Shown here piece by piece: positions 1 to 10,560 of a stretch of DNA of 64,000 nt. Origin of the DNA: a virus. Under the pieces are notes generated by a model. It ran no database searches, had not been told where the DNA came from, and worked only from the letters and a program-made list of their open reading frames with translations. Position 1 is the first letter of the stretch; every line of letters starts with the position of its first letter. The position numbers were made by a program, and so were the translations under genes. The stretch is from IMG/VR virus record IMGVR_UViG_3300005613_000044, positions 9,057 to 73,056 of that record; one strand, written 5' to 3'.

Positions 1-1128
1 CCTGGATATAATCCATCGAATGCAGCTGATTCATATTGGAATACTGAACCTCTTTCTGTTGGTTTCTCCACCAACTATGTTAAGTATACAACTGCTGAAG
101 GTCTTTGGGGTCAAACAGCTCAAGATACTGTATTCAGTGCTATTGGTAATGTTTCCTATGTCTTTGATGGTGGTAAAGACTATTCTGGAAATGTTCCAGA
201 AATTGGTGGAAATGGTGGAATGGAGGCAACTTTAGGTAATCTGAATACTTCATATAGATTGTTCTCGAATAGAGATGAAGAAGCTGTTGATTACCTGATA
301 ATGGGTCCTGGACTTTCAAACGAGAGTGAATCACAAGCTAAGGCAAATCTTTTGATTTCTATAGCTGAAGGTAGAAAGGACTGTGTTGCTACAGTTGGTC
401 CACACAGAGCTAACATCGTTAACGTTACAAATTCAACAACTCAAACAACAAATCTTCTGAGATTCTTTAGTCCATTACAATCTTCTTCATACGCTGTATT
501 TGATAGTGGATATAAGTATACTTACGATAGATTCAATAATGAGTTCCGTTATATTCCAACTAACGGTGACGTTGCTGGTCTGATGGTTAGAACTGGAATT
601 CTGGCTTATCCTTGGTTCTCACCAGCTGGATTACAAAGAGGTGTTCTGAATAACGCTGTTAAACTGGCATACAATCCAGATAAGTCTCAAAGAGACCTTC
701 TCTATCCAGCAAGAGTTAATTCCATTATTAACAGAAAAGGTTCTGGAGTAGTTCTCTTCGGAGATAAGACAGCTCTTGGATACTCTTCGGCATTTGACAG
801 AATCAATGTTAGAAGATTGTTCTTGACTGTTGAACAGGCTCTCGAAGAGGCAGCTCAAACTCAACTCTTCGAACTGAACGATGAGAACACAAGAGCAAAC
901 TTTGTTAACATCGTTGAACCTTACCTCCGTGATGTTCAGGCTAAGAGAGGTCTTTATGACTTCTTAGTTGTTTGTGATACTTCAAACAATACTCCTGAGG
1001 TTATTGATAATAATGAATTTAGAGCTGATATTTACTTGAAACCAACCAAGTCTATCAACTACATCACACTGACCTTCGTAGCAACCCGTACTGGTGTTGC
1101 ATTCGAAGAAGTTGTTGGTACTGTTTGA
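1..1128 (+). CDS. gp18: tail sheath protein, 5'-truncated by the window edge
   Basis: Frame is open from base 1 into the 220..1128 ORF. C-terminal sheath motifs PWFSPAG, FDRINVRRLF and KSINYITLTFVATRTG. Precedes the tail tube gene. Confidence 0.95.
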   Translation, partial: PGYNPSNAADSYWNTEPLSVGFSTNYVKYTTAEGLWGQTAQDTVFSAIGNVSYVFDGGKDYSGNVPEIGGNGGMEATLGNLNTSYRLFSNRDEEAVDYLIMGPGLSNESESQAKANLLISIAEGRKDCVATVGPHRANIVNVTNSTTQTTNLLRFFSPLQSSSYAVFDSGYKYTYDRFNNEFRYIPTNGDVAGLMVRTGILAYPWFSPAGLQRGVLNNAVKLAYNPDKSQRDLLYPARVNSIINRKGSGVVLFGDKTALGYSSAFDRINVRRLFLTVEQALEEAAQTQLFELNDENTRANFVNIVEPYLRDVQAKRGLYDFLVVCDTSNNTPEVIDNNEFRADIYLKPTKSINYITLTFVATRTGVAFEEVVGTV

Positions 1129-1165
1129 TTTTTTAAATTATAAAAACATTTAGGAGGACCTAACA

Positions 1166-1750
1166 ATGCCAAACGCAAGTCTCGCAGATTTTAAATCAAA
1201 ACTGGTGGGCGGTGGCGCCCGCCCCAATTTATTTGAGGTTTCAATTCCAGCTCTTCCAGAAGCTGCTCAAACATCAATTAATGATGAAACCTTCAAGTTC
1301 TTATGTAAATCTTCTAATCTTCCAGCTTCAAATATCGCTGAAGTCATTGTTCCTTTTAGAGGAAGAAACTTCAAAGTCGCTGGTGACAGAACAGTTGATC
1401 CATGGACTGTAACTGTTATCAACGATGAAAACTTTGAGTTTAGAAGTGTATTTGAACAGTGGGCAAATGGATTGGGTAAACTTGATAATGGTACTGGTGC
1501 TACTGAACCAGCTTCATATATGACCAATGCTTATGTTAGACAACTTGGTAGAGGTGATAGCCCCTCTGCTAGAACCAATGGTTCAAACATGGTCACTCTT
1601 AGAGAGTACAAGTTTGTTGACATCTGGCCAAGTTCAGTTAGTGAAATTTCTGTAAGTTATGATGAAGGAAACGCCATTGAACAGTTTGATGTAACCTTCC
1701 AGGTACAAACTTTTGAAGTTTCTGGTGGTGAAGGACCAACAATCTCCTGA
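1166..1750 (+). CDS. gp19: tail tube protein
   Basis: GGARPNLFEV, FRGR..KVAGDRT and IEQFDVTFQ motifs; AGGAGG RBS; synteny. Confidence 0.93.
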   Translation: MPNASLADFKSKLVGGGARPNLFEVSIPALPEAAQTSINDETFKFLCKSSNLPASNIAEVIVPFRGRNFKVAGDRTVDPWTVTVINDENFEFRSVFEQWANGLGKLDNGTGATEPASYMTNAYVRQLGRGDSPSARTNGSNMVTLREYKFVDIWPSSVSEISVSYDEGNAIEQFDVTFQVQTFEVSGGEGPTIS

Positions 1751-1795
1751 TATCTAATCTCATAAATAACTAGAAGGATTTCTAGTATATTTGAA

Positions 1796-3457
1796 ATGGC
1801 GAGATTATTTGGTTTCTCAATTGAAGATAATGAACAAACGCCACCTAGTGTAATTTCTCCGGTCCCTCCTAACAATCAGGATGGATCGGAGAATTATGTT
1901 AGTAGTGGTTTTTTTGGTAGCTATGTAGATATTGAAGGTGTCTATAGAAATGAATCCGATTTAATTAGAAGATATAGAACTATGGCACTCTATCCAGAGT
2001 GTGATAGTGCTATTGAAGATATTGTTAATGAAGCTATCGTATCTGATACGAATGATTCCCCAGTTCAAATTGAACTTTCCAATTTAAACGCAAGTGATAA
2101 TATCAAAAAGAAAGTAAGAGAAGAATTTAGATATATTCTTGAACTTCTTGATTTTGATAAGAAGTCTCATGAAATTTTTAGAAATTGGTATATTGACGGA
2201 AGACTTTATTATAATAAAGTCATTGATCAAAAAAATCCTCAGGCTGGTATTCAAGAACTGAGATATATTGACGCGTCAAAGATACGTTATGTTCGTCAAA
2301 TTAAAAAATCTGGAAAAGATAGTATTCAGTCAGCACAAAGTCAATATCAGAATAGTGATCAATTAGGTTATAACTTTCCAGAAATAGAAGAATATTTCGT
2401 CTATACTCCTAATACTGGTGGGGGTGTATCTAGTTTTGGTTCTTCCAAAAAAGGAGTCAAGATGACTCGTGATTCTATCACTTATTGCACTTCTGGTCTA
2501 GTAGACAGAAATAAGGGTTTGACTCTTTCTTGGTTACATAAAGCAATTAAACCAATCAATCAACTAATGATGATTGAGGATTCTCTTGTCATCTACAGAT
2601 TATCAAGAGCACCAGAAAGAAGAATTTTCTATATTGATGTCGGCAATCTTCCTAAGATCAAAGCGGAACAATATCTTCGTGATGTGATGACACGTTATAG
2701 AAATAAACTTGTCTATGATGCAAACACTGGAGAAGTTCGTGATGATAAGAAGTTTATGTCCATGATGGAAGACTTCTGGCTTCCTAGAAGAGAAGGTGGT
2801 AGAGGAACAGAAATTACTACACTTCCTGGTGGACAAAATCTCGGAGAAATTACTGATATTAATTACTTCCAGAGAAAGTTGTACAGAGCTTTAAATGTTC
2901 CTGAAACTAGAATTCAAGGAGAGGGTGGATTTTCACTTGGTCGTTCTTCGGAAATTTTGAGAGATGAAATTAAATTCTCCAAGTTTGTTGGAAGAATGAG
3001 AAAGAGATTTTCTTCAATGTTCAATGATATGTTGAAGACTCAACTTCTACTGAAAAATATTGTGACTCCTGAAGACTGGGAGTATATGGCAGATCACATT
3101 CAATATGATTTTGTTTATGATAATCACTTTGCAGAACTTAAGAACGCAGAATTGACAACTGAAAGGCTCAATCTCGCTCAACTTGCAGAACCTTATGTAG
3201 GTAAATATTATTCACAAGATTATGTGAGAAGAAATATTCTCAGACAAACTGATGAGGAAATTATTGAACAGGATATGAAGATTGAAAAGGAAATTGAGAA
3301 TGGAGTAATTCCCGATCCAAATGCATTGGTCGATTCGGAAGGTGAAATACCTTCTGAAACATCTGTTCCCACTTCATCTACATCAGATGCAATTCAATCA
3401 CCCACTTCACCTAAAGATCCCGAACCCCCAGAAACTCCAGCTGGTGGTGAAATCTAA
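1796..3457 (+). CDS. gp20: portal vertex protein
   Basis: IYRLSRAPERRIFYIDVGNLPK and EDFWLPRREGGRGTEITTLPGGQNLG motifs. Confidence 0.97.
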   Translation: MARLFGFSIEDNEQTPPSVISPVPPNNQDGSENYVSSGFFGSYVDIEGVYRNESDLIRRYRTMALYPECDSAIEDIVNEAIVSDTNDSPVQIELSNLNASDNIKKKVREEFRYILELLDFDKKSHEIFRNWYIDGRLYYNKVIDQKNPQAGIQELRYIDASKIRYVRQIKKSGKDSIQSAQSQYQNSDQLGYNFPEIEEYFVYTPNTGGGVSSFGSSKKGVKMTRDSITYCTSGLVDRNKGLTLSWLHKAIKPINQLMMIEDSLVIYRLSRAPERRIFYIDVGNLPKIKAEQYLRDVMTRYRNKLVYDANTGEVRDDKKFMSMMEDFWLPRREGGRGTEITTLPGGQNLGEITDINYFQRKLYRALNVPETRIQGEGGFSLGRSSEILRDEIKFSKFVGRMRKRFSSMFNDMLKTQLLLKNIVTPEDWEYMADHIQYDFVYDNHFAELKNAELTTERLNLAQLAEPYVGKYYSQDYVRRNILRQTDEEIIEQDMKIEKEIENGVIPDPNALVDSEGEIPSETSVPTSSTSDAIQSPTSPKDPEPPETPAGGEI

Positions 3458-3485
3458 ATAGATTAGAGTTATTTTTTTAATATCA

Positions 3486-3680
3486 ATGGAAGAATTAATG
3501 GACTTACTTGTGAAAGATGAATCTCCTTCACAAATCAGTGATAAAATTAAAGATATTCTTTTCTCAAAATCAGCTGAAAAAATTGAAGCAATTAGACCTC
3601 AAGTTGCAAATTCAATTTTTGATAGTGATGTAGAATCTGATCAAGAAACAGATTTCGAACAGGGAACTGAAGAAGAATAA
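3486..3680 (+). CDS. small acidic prohead core protein (gp67-like)
   Basis: Acidic 64 aa ORF directly after the portal gene, the position of T4 gp67. Confidence 0.6.
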   Translation: MEELMDLLVKDESPSQISDKIKDILFSKSAEKIEAIRPQVANSIFDSDVESDQETDFEQGTEEE

Positions 3681-3718
3681 TAAATAGATACTATAAGACT
3701 ATTGTATAATTTAGAATA

Positions 3719-4267
3719 ATGGCCGCACTCAAACCAGTTGGTGACAACCAAGTTATAGCTACAAGTGGTGTTTCAACACAGTCTTCTGCAATATCCCAAC
3801 AATCTGACGCAATCAGAGTTGTAGCAGAGGGAGCTGGAGTTCATGTTGCTATTGGAACAAATCCAACAGCAACTGCTACTGATTATTATGTTTCATCAAA
3901 TGAGAATGATGTAATTACCGTAGGACCTATCACTTCACAAAGAGTTGTTGGTGTTACTACTGGTTCTACCACAACTATTCATTTTCCAGAAGGAACTGGT
4001 TGTCCATTTGATATTGGTGATGCGGTTACTTTGACGGTGAATGGCCAATCTTACTATGATTTTACTCACCAAATTCTTTCGGATATCAATACCACTTCGA
4101 ATGTTGGTGGATATTTCAATACTAGAGTGACAATTAATTATAATTCTACTGGAGTTGCAACCGCATTTAATGCACCTTATGCGGAATTGAGAAAGTCTAT
4201 TAAAGTGGCAGTTAAAACAAATTCTGGAACTGGCACAGCATTCATTCAACAAGTCCAAGATTCCTGA
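3719..4267 (+). CDS. hypothetical virion structural protein
   Basis: Thr/Gly/Val-rich ORF in the head module, preceded by an ATAAATA late-promoter-like motif. Confidence 0.6.
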   Translation: MAALKPVGDNQVIATSGVSTQSSAISQQSDAIRVVAEGAGVHVAIGTNPTATATDYYVSSNENDVITVGPITSQRVVGVTTGSTTTIHFPEGTGCPFDIGDAVTLTVNGQSYYDFTHQILSDINTTSNVGGYFNTRVTINYNSTGVATAFNAPYAELRKSIKVAVKTNSGTGTAFIQQVQDS

Positions 4268-4275
4268 GAAAACCA

Positions 4276-4926
4276 ATGAAACTCATCAGAGAAGAAATCG
4301 AAACCGTTGACTTCATTATAGAAGAAAACAACGGTAAAAAGTCCATGTTTATTGAGGGTATCTTTCTTCAAGGAGACCTTCAAAATAGAAATGGTCGTAT
4401 GTATCCAATGAGTACTCTCCGTAAGGAAGTTCAAAGATACAACGAAAATCATATTCAGTCGGGAAGAGCTTTAGGAGAACTTGGTCATCCTGATGGACCT
4501 ACTGTTAATCTCGACAGAGTTTCTCATAAAATTGTTTCACTGAAAGAAAGTGGAAACAATTTTATCGGAAAGGCAAAGATTCTCAATACACCTATGGGTA
4601 AGATTGCAGAATCACTTATTTCAGAGGGTGTAAAACTTGGTGTTTCATCAAGAGGCATTGGGTCATTGAGAGCCACAAGAGAGGGTGTCAATATTGTTGG
4701 TGATGATTTTATGTTGTCAACAGCAGCTGATATCGTAGCTGATCCTTCTGCCCCTGATGCATTTGTTGAAGGAATTATGGAAGGTAAAGAGTGGATATGG
4801 GAAGGAGGAATTCTGAGAGAACAACTGGCTAAGAAGACCTACAAACATATTAACACTCTTGTCACTCAAAAACAACTTGATGAGCAGAAACTTGATTTAT
4901 TTAATGACTTTTTAAATAATCTTTAA
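4276..4926 (+). CDS. gp21: prohead core protease
   Basis: NRNGRMY, ALGELGHP, GVSSRGIGS and DIVADPSAPDAFV motifs. Confidence 0.96.
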   Translation: MKLIREEIETVDFIIEENNGKKSMFIEGIFLQGDLQNRNGRMYPMSTLRKEVQRYNENHIQSGRALGELGHPDGPTVNLDRVSHKIVSLKESGNNFIGKAKILNTPMGKIAESLISEGVKLGVSSRGIGSLRATREGVNIVGDDFMLSTAADIVADPSAPDAFVEGIMEGKEWIWEGGILREQLAKKTYKHINTLVTQKQLDEQKLDLFNDFLNNL

Positions 4927-4946
4927 TTATAGTAAAATACACAATT

Positions 4947-4954
4947 TATAAATA
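4947..4954 (+). promoter_or_regulatory. T4-type late promoter
   Basis: TATAAATA upstream of gp22. Confidence 0.75.
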
Positions 4955-4991
4955 AATATAGATTAAAATAGGTTAATCGGAGCAACTTCAA

Positions 4992-6044
4992 ATGTCTCGT
5001 GGAGATTTACAAGAAATGGAGCAATCTAAAACTGCTGTGAACGCGAACGCAAAACCAGCTGAGCCAATGCAGCATGTCAATAACGTAACACCTGGTCAAT
5101 CAGGTTCTTATGAAGATTTGGGTGGACCAACACCTGAAAATTATAGACCTGATGATGATTCAGCAAAACTTAATGAGCCTAAGATTAAGACCGTTAAGGA
5201 CGTTGTTAATCGTGGGGCTAAACCAGCTGAACCAATGAAGACTACAAAAGAAGAAACTGAAACTGAAGAAGAAGTTATCGAAGAGGAAACTCTCGAAACT
5301 GAATCTGAAGTTGAAGAGTCTATCGATATTGAAGAAGATGTTAACGCACTTCTTGGTGGTGAAGAACTCTCCGAGGAGTTCAGAGAAAAAGCTAAGATTA
5401 TTTTTGAAGCGGCTCTGAATTCTAAAATTAAAGAAATCCAAGAAACTCTTGAAGTTCAGTACGAAGAAAAACTGGACGAAGCAAAAGAGGGACTTAAAGA
5501 GTCTTTGACCGAAAGAGTTGACGCATATCTCGAATACGTCTGTGAAGAATGGATGACCGAGAATGAGTTAGCTGTAGAACATGGTCTTAAGACTGAAATG
5601 ACCGAATCATTCCTTTCAGGAATGAAGGGTCTTTTTGAAGAACATTATGTAACAATCCCTGAAGAGAAATATGATGTAGTTGAGAGCATGGTAGAAAAAC
5701 TTGATGATATGGAGACAAAACTCAACGAGCAGATTGAGAAGAATATTGGACTGAACAAGAGACTCGCTGAGTCTGTTGCAGACAATATCTTGGATCAGAT
5801 TTCTGAAGGTCTCGCAGAGACACAGAAAGAGAAGCTCGCTTCACTTGCCGAAAGTGTTGAGTTTGAAAGTGAAGAAGAATATCGTGAAAAGCTGGAAACT
5901 CTGAAGGAGTCATACTTCTCCAGAACTCCCGCAAATAAGTCTGAAGCACCACAAACACTCTCAGAAGGAGTAGATTCTACTCCAGCTCCTGTTTCTACCG
6001 GCATGGATGCATATCTGAGAACCTTAGGTGCATTCAAGAAGTGA
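4992..6044 (+). CDS. gp22: prohead core scaffolding protein
   Basis: Highly acidic coiled coil with LSEEFREKAKIIFEAA; lies between gp21 and gp23. Confidence 0.92.
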   Translation: MSRGDLQEMEQSKTAVNANAKPAEPMQHVNNVTPGQSGSYEDLGGPTPENYRPDDDSAKLNEPKIKTVKDVVNRGAKPAEPMKTTKEETETEEEVIEEETLETESEVEESIDIEEDVNALLGGEELSEEFREKAKIIFEAALNSKIKEIQETLEVQYEEKLDEAKEGLKESLTERVDAYLEYVCEEWMTENELAVEHGLKTEMTESFLSGMKGLFEEHYVTIPEEKYDVVESMVEKLDDMETKLNEQIEKNIGLNKRLAESVADNILDQISEGLAETQKEKLASLAESVEFESEEEYREKLETLKESYFSRTPANKSEAPQTLSEGVDSTPAPVSTGMDAYLRTLGAFKK

Positions 6045-6093
6045 ATTTAATATTAATTCAAACAAACCACTAAACTTTTAAGAGGTAAAGCAA

Positions 6094-7524
6094 ATGTTCC
6101 AATCCGAACATCTGCAGGAAAAGTGGAGTCCTCTCCTCGACTATGAGGGTCTTGATCCAATCAAAGATTCTCATCGTAGATCTGTCACCGCTGTCCTGCT
6201 CGAAAACCAAGAAAAATTCCTCCGTGAGGAGCAAGCATTCCAGTCAGGTATCAACCTGATGGAAACCCCAACCAATTCCGCTAACGCCGCTGGTGCAGAT
6301 GGTGGTTTTGGTGCTGGTTCAGCTGCTGCTGGTCCTACCGCAGGTTTCGATCCCGTACTGATCTCCTTGATCAGACGTGCGATGCCTAACCTGGTTGCAT
6401 ATGACCTGGCAGGTGTCCAACCAATGAACGGTCCTACTGGACTGATCTTCGCAATGAGATCCAGATATGAAAATCAGTCTGGAGACGAAGCATTCTATAA
6501 CGAAGCTGATTCCGCGTTCTCTGGTCAGGACGATTCATTCAACCTTACCGCAGGTTTCTCTGATGTTACCGCTGGTCTGGGTACAACCGCTCAGTCTGGT
6601 ACTAATCCTTCAGTTCTTAATCCTGTTGGTACTGCTACCTCAACCGCCTATGACGTTGGTCAGGGTATGGTTACTGGTGACGCTGAAAATCTGGGTGTAG
6701 GTACTAACGACCACTTCAACCAGATGGCTTTCTCGATTGAGAAAGTTACCGTCACCGCTAAGTCAAGAGCACTCAAGGCTGAGTACTCCTTGGAACTGGC
6801 ACAAGACCTTAAGGCAATCCACGGTCTGAACGCTGAAGCTGAGTTGGCAAACATCCTGTCAACTGAGATTCTGGCTGAAATCAACCGTGAGGTTATCAGA
6901 ACCATCTATAAGGTTGCTGAACAGGGTGCTGTTTCTAACACCGCTACTGCTGGTGTATTTGACCTTGACGTTGACTCCAACGGTCGTTGGTCTGTTGAGA
7001 AGTTCAAAGGACTTCTTTTCCAAATCGAGAGAGACGCTAACGCGATCGCACAAAGAACTCGTCGTGGAAAGGGCAACATGGTTCTGTGTTCCGCAGATGT
7101 TGCTTCCGCTCTGACCATGGCTGGTATCCTCGATTACACCCCAGCACTGAACGCTAACCTGAACGTTGACGACGCAGGTAACACCTTCGCCGGTACAATC
7201 AACGGTAAGTTCCGTGTTTACATTGACCCATACGCAGCTAACCTGAGTGCAGCCAATGCGGCTTCCAACTCTGGTAATCAGTACTACGTTGTTGGTTATA
7301 AGGGTTCTTCACCTTATGACGCAGGTCTGTTCTATTGTCCTTATGTTCCTCTCCAGATGGTTCGTGCCGTCGGTGAGAACACCTTCCAGCCTAAGATCGG
7401 CTTCAAGACCAGATATGGTCTGGTCGCTAACCCATTCGCTGAAGGAACCGATCAGGGACTCGGTAGACTCCGTGTTAACTCCAACCGTTACTACAGAAGA
7501 GTTGCTGTTAAGAACCTCATGTGA
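6094..7524 (+). CDS. gp23: major capsid protein
   Basis: LIRRAMPNLVAYDLAGVQPMNGPTGLIFAMR and FQPKIGFKTRYG motifs. Confidence 0.98.
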   Translation: MFQSEHLQEKWSPLLDYEGLDPIKDSHRRSVTAVLLENQEKFLREEQAFQSGINLMETPTNSANAAGADGGFGAGSAAAGPTAGFDPVLISLIRRAMPNLVAYDLAGVQPMNGPTGLIFAMRSRYENQSGDEAFYNEADSAFSGQDDSFNLTAGFSDVTAGLGTTAQSGTNPSVLNPVGTATSTAYDVGQGMVTGDAENLGVGTNDHFNQMAFSIEKVTVTAKSRALKAEYSLELAQDLKAIHGLNAEAELANILSTEILAEINREVIRTIYKVAEQGAVSNTATAGVFDLDVDSNGRWSVEKFKGLLFQIERDANAIAQRTRRGKGNMVLCSADVASALTMAGILDYTPALNANLNVDDAGNTFAGTINGKFRVYIDPYAANLSAANAASNSGNQYYVVGYKGSSPYDAGLFYCPYVPLQMVRAVGENTFQPKIGFKTRYGLVANPFAEGTDQGLGRLRVNSNRYYRRVAVKNLM

Positions 7525-7540
7525 TTCATCACATTGTCCC

Positions 7541-7565
7541 AAGACCCCTTCGGGGGTCTTTTTTT
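7541..7565 (+). terminator. rho-independent terminator after gp23
   Basis: AAGACCCC-TTCG-GGGGTCTT hairpin followed by a T tract. Confidence 0.9.
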
Positions 7566-7601
7566 ATGCCTATTCATAAATAACTAAAAATAATTGATTC
7601 A

Positions 7602-8168
7602 ATGGCATTACAAAAGCCTATAGCCACACAGATTGAAAATAGAAACTTTTTACAACCAACAGGTTTTAGGTTTCAAGTCAATAGAGCACCAAAGATATCT
7701 TTTTTCGGTAAGTCTGTAAATATTCCTTCATTAGATTTAGGTGTTGCTGTTCAACCAAATTATCTGACACCAATACCTTTGCCAGGTGAAATTATTGAAT
7801 TTGAAGATTTGACCTTTAGTTTCTTAGTTGATGAAGGTCTTGAAAACTATATGGAGATTCAAAACTGGATTCGTGGAATTGGATTTCCAGAAAGTCTTCA
7901 ACAAATTTATGAATATCAAAGAGAAAATACACCAATTAAATCCAGAAGTGAAAATACAGAACAATTAAATTTATATTCTGATGGTACTTTAACTGTTCTC
8001 GATTCATCGAATCAACCTAAATTTAAGGTTAAGTTTCAGAATCTTTTCCCATATCGTCTTTCTACTCTTGAGTTTGACGCAACACAAACTAATGTAGAAT
8101 ACTTTACAGCTGTGGTATCTTTCAAGTATACTATCTACAATATAGATGAAATTACTTCTTGTTGCTAA
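7602..8168 (+). CDS. gp3: tail tube terminator / tail completion protein
   Basis: NRNFLQPTGF, FLVDEGLENY and FPYRLSTLEFDA motifs; synteny after gp23. Confidence 0.8.
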   Translation: MALQKPIATQIENRNFLQPTGFRFQVNRAPKISFFGKSVNIPSLDLGVAVQPNYLTPIPLPGEIIEFEDLTFSFLVDEGLENYMEIQNWIRGIGFPESLQQIYEYQRENTPIKSRSENTEQLNLYSDGTLTVLDSSNQPKFKVKFQNLFPYRLSTLEFDATQTNVEYFTAVVSFKYTIYNIDEITSCC

Positions 8169-8602
8169 TGATTGATCTTGATACGATTCAAAAGATGTGG
8201 GAAAAGGATTCGAATATTGATCCTGATAATTTACATACAGAATCTTTGAATATTCCAGTTCTACATTCCAAGTATTTTGATCTTTATAATAACATAAATC
8301 TTTTAAGAAAAAAGGCAGAACAACAAAAAAAGAATATAAGACATGAAAGATATGAATACTACTCAGGAAAAGCAGACCCAGAAGTCTATGTCAAAGACCC
8401 CTTTCCAAAGAAGGTTAGGGATAAGTCAGCTATGGAAAAGTATCTGGATGCAGATACTAAACTCTCAGGAATTTCGTTGAAGATTGATTATTATATCACG
8501 ATGCAAAACTATCTGGAAGAAATTCTAAAGATGATATCTCAAAGAACTTATCATATTAAGAATGCAATTGAGTTTATGAGATTCTCTTCGGGACTAGGAT
8601 AA
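8168..8602 (+). CDS. uvsY: recombination mediator UvsY
   Basis: RYEYYSGKADPEVY and IKNAIEF motifs; TAATG coupling to gp3; directly upstream of uvsW. Confidence 0.85.
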   Translation: MIDLDTIQKMWEKDSNIDPDNLHTESLNIPVLHSKYFDLYNNINLLRKKAEQQKKNIRHERYEYYSGKADPEVYVKDPFPKKVRDKSAMEKYLDADTKLSGISLKIDYYITMQNYLEEILKMISQRTYHIKNAIEFMRFSSGLG

Positions 8603-8638
8603 TTAGGAATAAATACGTGTAGGTGAGAACCTATATGT

Positions 8639-10102
8639 ATGGCTGATTTGACGATTCAAAAGGTAAATGAGATTTACCTGAAGATTACAACGGAACCTCA
8701 TATTGAATATGAGTTAAGAGACCGATTTACTTTTGAGGTTCCTAATAAAAAATTCATGCCCCAGTATCGGAGTAAGTATTGGGATGGATTTGTTCATCTT
8801 TTTAACATGAAGACTAAAAGAATCTATGTTGGTCTTCTTGATAAAATTGTAGCTTTTTGTGAGAGTTCGGGATATTCCTATTCTTTTCAAGATAATAAGT
8901 TTTATGGTCCTCCATTTGAAGTCAATGAAATGATTTCAATGGAAGGTGTAAAGGATTATATGCATTCAATTACAGATCTCAAACCAAGAGATTATCAGAT
9001 TGAAGCTGTTTATGATGCTTTAAGATATAATCGAAAACTTCTTATTTCACCAACAGCTTCTGGTAAGTCGTTGATGATTTATTCGATCACAAGATATTTT
9101 GTATCCAAAGGTAAAAAGATACTTCTTGTCGTTCCAACAACATCACTTGTAGAACAGATGTTTAAGGATTTCCAAGATTATGGATGGGATGCGGAAAATT
9201 ATTGTCACAGAATTTATGCGGGTAGAGAAAGAATTAATACGAATGAAGTGACAATCACAACTTGGCAGTCTGTTTATAAGTTAGATAGAAATTTCTTTGA
9301 AGAGTATGATGTAGTCATTGGTGATGAAGCACACTTGTTCAAAAGTAAGTCTCTTATCGGTATTATGGACAAGTTAGATCATGCAAAGTATAGATATGGG
9401 TTCACAGGAACTTTAGACGGCACACAGACCCATAAATGGGTCTTAGAGGGATTGTTTGGGCCATCATACAAAGTTACTCAAACTAAGAAGTTAATTGATG
9501 AGGGTCACTTAGCTACTTTAGATATTCAATGTTTAATTCTCAAACACAAACCACAGAAGTTTGAAACTTATGAGGATGAGATTAAATATCTTATCAGTCA
9601 TGAAAATAGAAACAAATTCATTTCAAATTTATCTGTTGATTTGAAGGGAAATACTCTTGTTCTTTATACGAGAGTAGAAACTCATGGAGCTATTCTTTAT
9701 GAGATGATAAATAAAAAAGTATCTGATAAAAGAAAAGTCTTCTTCATCCATGGCGGTGTAGATGCAGAAGACAGGGAATTGGTTAGAAAAATTACTGAAA
9801 ATGAAAAAGATGCTATCATTGTTGCATCTTTTGGGACATTTAGTACTGGTATTAATATTAAAAACTTACATAATGTAATATTTGCCTCTCCATCAAAATC
9901 TAGAGTAAGAAATTTACAAAGTATTGGTAGAGTCCTAAGAAAAGGCAAAGATAAAGTGAAAGCAAAACTTTATGATATTGCTGATGATATTACTATTGGA
10001 TCAAGAAAGAATTATACATTAAATCATTTTATTGAAAGAATTAAAATTTATGTTTCAGAACAATTTAACTATGACATTGTATCAATCAATTTAAAAGAAT
10101 AG
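8639..10102 (+). CDS. uvsW: SF2 DNA helicase UvsW
   Basis: SPTASGKS Walker A, DEAH box and LQSIGRVLR motif VI. Confidence 0.95.
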   Translation: MADLTIQKVNEIYLKITTEPHIEYELRDRFTFEVPNKKFMPQYRSKYWDGFVHLFNMKTKRIYVGLLDKIVAFCESSGYSYSFQDNKFYGPPFEVNEMISMEGVKDYMHSITDLKPRDYQIEAVYDALRYNRKLLISPTASGKSLMIYSITRYFVSKGKKILLVVPTTSLVEQMFKDFQDYGWDAENYCHRIYAGRERINTNEVTITTWQSVYKLDRNFFEEYDVVIGDEAHLFKSKSLIGIMDKLDHAKYRYGFTGTLDGTQTHKWVLEGLFGPSYKVTQTKKLIDEGHLATLDIQCLILKHKPQKFETYEDEIKYLISHENRNKFISNLSVDLKGNTLVLYTRVETHGAILYEMINKKVSDKRKVFFIHGGVDAEDRELVRKITENEKDAIIVASFGTFSTGINIKNLHNVIFASPSKSRVRNLQSIGRVLRKGKDKVKAKLYDIADDITIGSRKNYTLNHFIERIKIYVSEQFNYDIVSINLKE

Positions 10103-10113
10103 GAGGAGTTTGT

Positions 10114-10500
10114 ATGATTGAAGATGACTTTTATGCAACAATTAAACTAAAATGTGGTGATGAAATATTCTGTAAAGTAGCTGCTTCTGAAGAAGATAAT
10201 AGAACAATGTTGATTATTTCAAATCCTATTATGATGGAAGAAATTTCAATCAGAGGTCAAGTAACAGGATATAAATTTGAACCATGGTTAAAAACTTCTA
10301 AAGAAGACATGTTTATCATTAATATGGATGATGTCTTAACATTATCTGAATCTAACGATATTGATATGATTCTCTATTACCAGGATTATATTCGCAAAGT
10401 AAATAAAAATAATTGTTCTAAACCAAGTAGAAAGATGGGGTATCTTGGTAGTGTCAATGAAACTAAAGAAGTCTTAGAGAAACTCTTTAATAAAAGCTAA
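10114..10500 (+). CDS. conserved hypothetical protein (possible Sm-like fold)
   Basis: AGGAG RBS; IKLKCGDEI...NP...PW pattern. Confidence 0.65.
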   Translation: MIEDDFYATIKLKCGDEIFCKVAASEEDNRTMLIISNPIMMEEISIRGQVTGYKFEPWLKTSKEDMFIINMDDVLTLSESNDIDMILYYQDYIRKVNKNNCSKPSRKMGYLGSVNETKEVLEKLFNKS

Positions 10501-10507
10501 AGCCATC

Positions 10508-10533
10508 CCTTCAAACCAGACAAAGGTATTCTA
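10508..10533. repeat. 26-bp exact repeat, copy 1 (CCTTCAAACCAGACAAAGGTATTCTA)
   Basis: Identical to 63427..63452. Confidence 0.9.
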
Positions 10534-10556
10534 CTCATATTTTAAGTATCTGTCAA
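10528..10556 (-). promoter_or_regulatory. antisense sigma70-type promoter
   Basis: Minus strand TTGACA-17 bp-TAGAAT. Confidence 0.75.
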
Positions 10557-10560
10557 ATAC

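Noticed and set aside
5050-5237. AKPAEPM repeat within gp22
   Set aside because: A short repeat in the low-complexity scaffold N-terminus with no sign of separate function.
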